DNA from: Nitrospirota bacterium
GTDB lineage: Bacteria > Nitrospirota > UBA9217
Reading direction: 5' to 3'
NCBI GenBank assembly: GCA_041491325.1
Contig: JBGPUS010000002.1
Coordinates: 1 to 33,717 of the forward strand
Length of the DNA: 33,717 bases
Shown: positions 33,132-33,717 of the stretch, in pieces
Layout: the number at the start of each line of letters is the position of its first letter
Position numbering within the stretch: position 1 is the first letter of the stretch
Notes under the pieces: generated by a model
What the model was told of the DNA's origin: nothing
Databases searched by the model: none
What the model saw: the letters and a program-made list of their open reading frames with translations, nothing else
Program-made: the position numbers and the translations under genes

Positions 33132-33173
33132 GGTTAGGAGGGATTTTAAAATATAAAACAGGTTGCATTGTTC

Positions 33174-33717
33174 CTATGCGAACCGGGCGCGGATAACATC
33201 CGTCAGCCGGTATCCCCAGGCGCCTAAACCGGTCTCCGGGCAGGGTGACAACCGCGAATCTTTCCCGATACGGTACCGGTTTCCGCGCCAAACCACGGTA
33301 GAGCTTAGGATCGGCGCAAACCACAGAAGCCCGATGAGGAAATCCTTGGCCGGGATGAGGAGGTAAACGAACGGCCGCTGTTTCGGCAGGTCGTGATCGT
33401 TCTGCGACGCTTCGATGGCCCGGTTGATCAGGAAGTCACCCATAATTTTTATCAAACTTATGCCGGCGACGAACGACAAGGTGGTTCGCGTCGGGCTCAG
33501 AAGGACCGGGAGGGCGGCGACGAATATCGGATTCGCAAGAAGTTCCGAAAAATATTTGGCCCCGCCGATGTTCCACCTCAGTTTGCCCCAACGGGTGTGA
33601 CGGTTCAGGAAGCGTTTGACGTCCCAGTATTCATTCACGTTCTTGACCAGGTAGTTCGACAGGACGACCTTTTTTCCGATACGGCCCATCTCTCTCCCGA
33701 TAATGAAGTCCTCCGCC
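33174..33717 (-). CDS. glycosyltransferase family 2/21 (ceramide glucosyltransferase/HpnI/Pgt-like), C-terminal part; 5' end beyond the window
   Basis: The frame stays open to the right edge (..AEDFIIGREMGRIGKKVVLS). The (Q/R)xxRW-type motif is NRHTRWGKLRW, followed by C-terminal TM helices. Confidence 0.8.
   Translation of the reverse strand, partial: AEDFIIGREMGRIGKKVVLSNYLVKNVNEYWDVKRFLNRHTRWGKLRWNIGGAKYFSELLANPIFVAALPVLLSPTRTTLSFVAGISLIKIMGDFLINRAIEASQNDHDLPKQRPFVYLLIPAKDFLIGLLWFAPILSSTVVWRGNRYRIGKDSRLSPCPETGLGAWGYRLTDVIRARFA

Noticed and set aside
32998-33324. 108-aa minus-strand ORF spanning the olsF start, the hairpin repeats and the glycosyltransferase 3' end
   Set aside because: It reads through palindromic repeats, giving the text PFPKGTPLFNKEGQGEI, and overlaps two real genes. 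It is a translation artefact of a repeat element.

Overview
33.7-kb chromosomal window. The Geobacter-type pilin, sigma-54 promoter and DsrC-like gene suggest an uncultivated Desulfobacterota/deltaproteobacterium-like organism, but that lineage call is low confidence. All calls come from reading the ORF track and hand-translating or hand-indexing the sequence; no searches were run. Left to right: a truncated amidohydrolase; a sigma-54-driven type IV pilin; an ABC-2 exporter operon with an unknown exported partner; a convergent PBP1A, HAMP-GGDEF-variant and TPR-lipoprotein unit; a translationally coupled phoH-pgpH-ybeY-dgkA(PAP2 fusion) operon; an orphan Roadblock/LC7 gene; accA; a cysteine-less DsrC-like gene; a PilZ-like gene; tRNA-Val-thrS-infC-rpmI-rplT; an AMIN/TPR amidase; and prfB with its +1 frameshift. 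The right third (22.1-33.7 kb) is a single minus-strand array: a GT2/21 glycosyltransferase, an OlsF-like bifunctional acyltransferase, a receiver, then REC-kinase, CBS-kinase, receiver, receiver, then pstSCAB-phoU. Two similarly built Pho-box-like triple repeats sit in this array. The most interesting candidate is this output-less multi-receiver phosphorelay, lying between the phosphate transporter and genes for phosphorus-free lipids. Also notable are a GGDEF enzyme with Ser at the base-specificity position plus a GGDDF motif, and several dispersed intergenic repeat families, one of which splits pstC from pstA. No CRISPR array, transposase, integrase or recognisable defence gene was seen.
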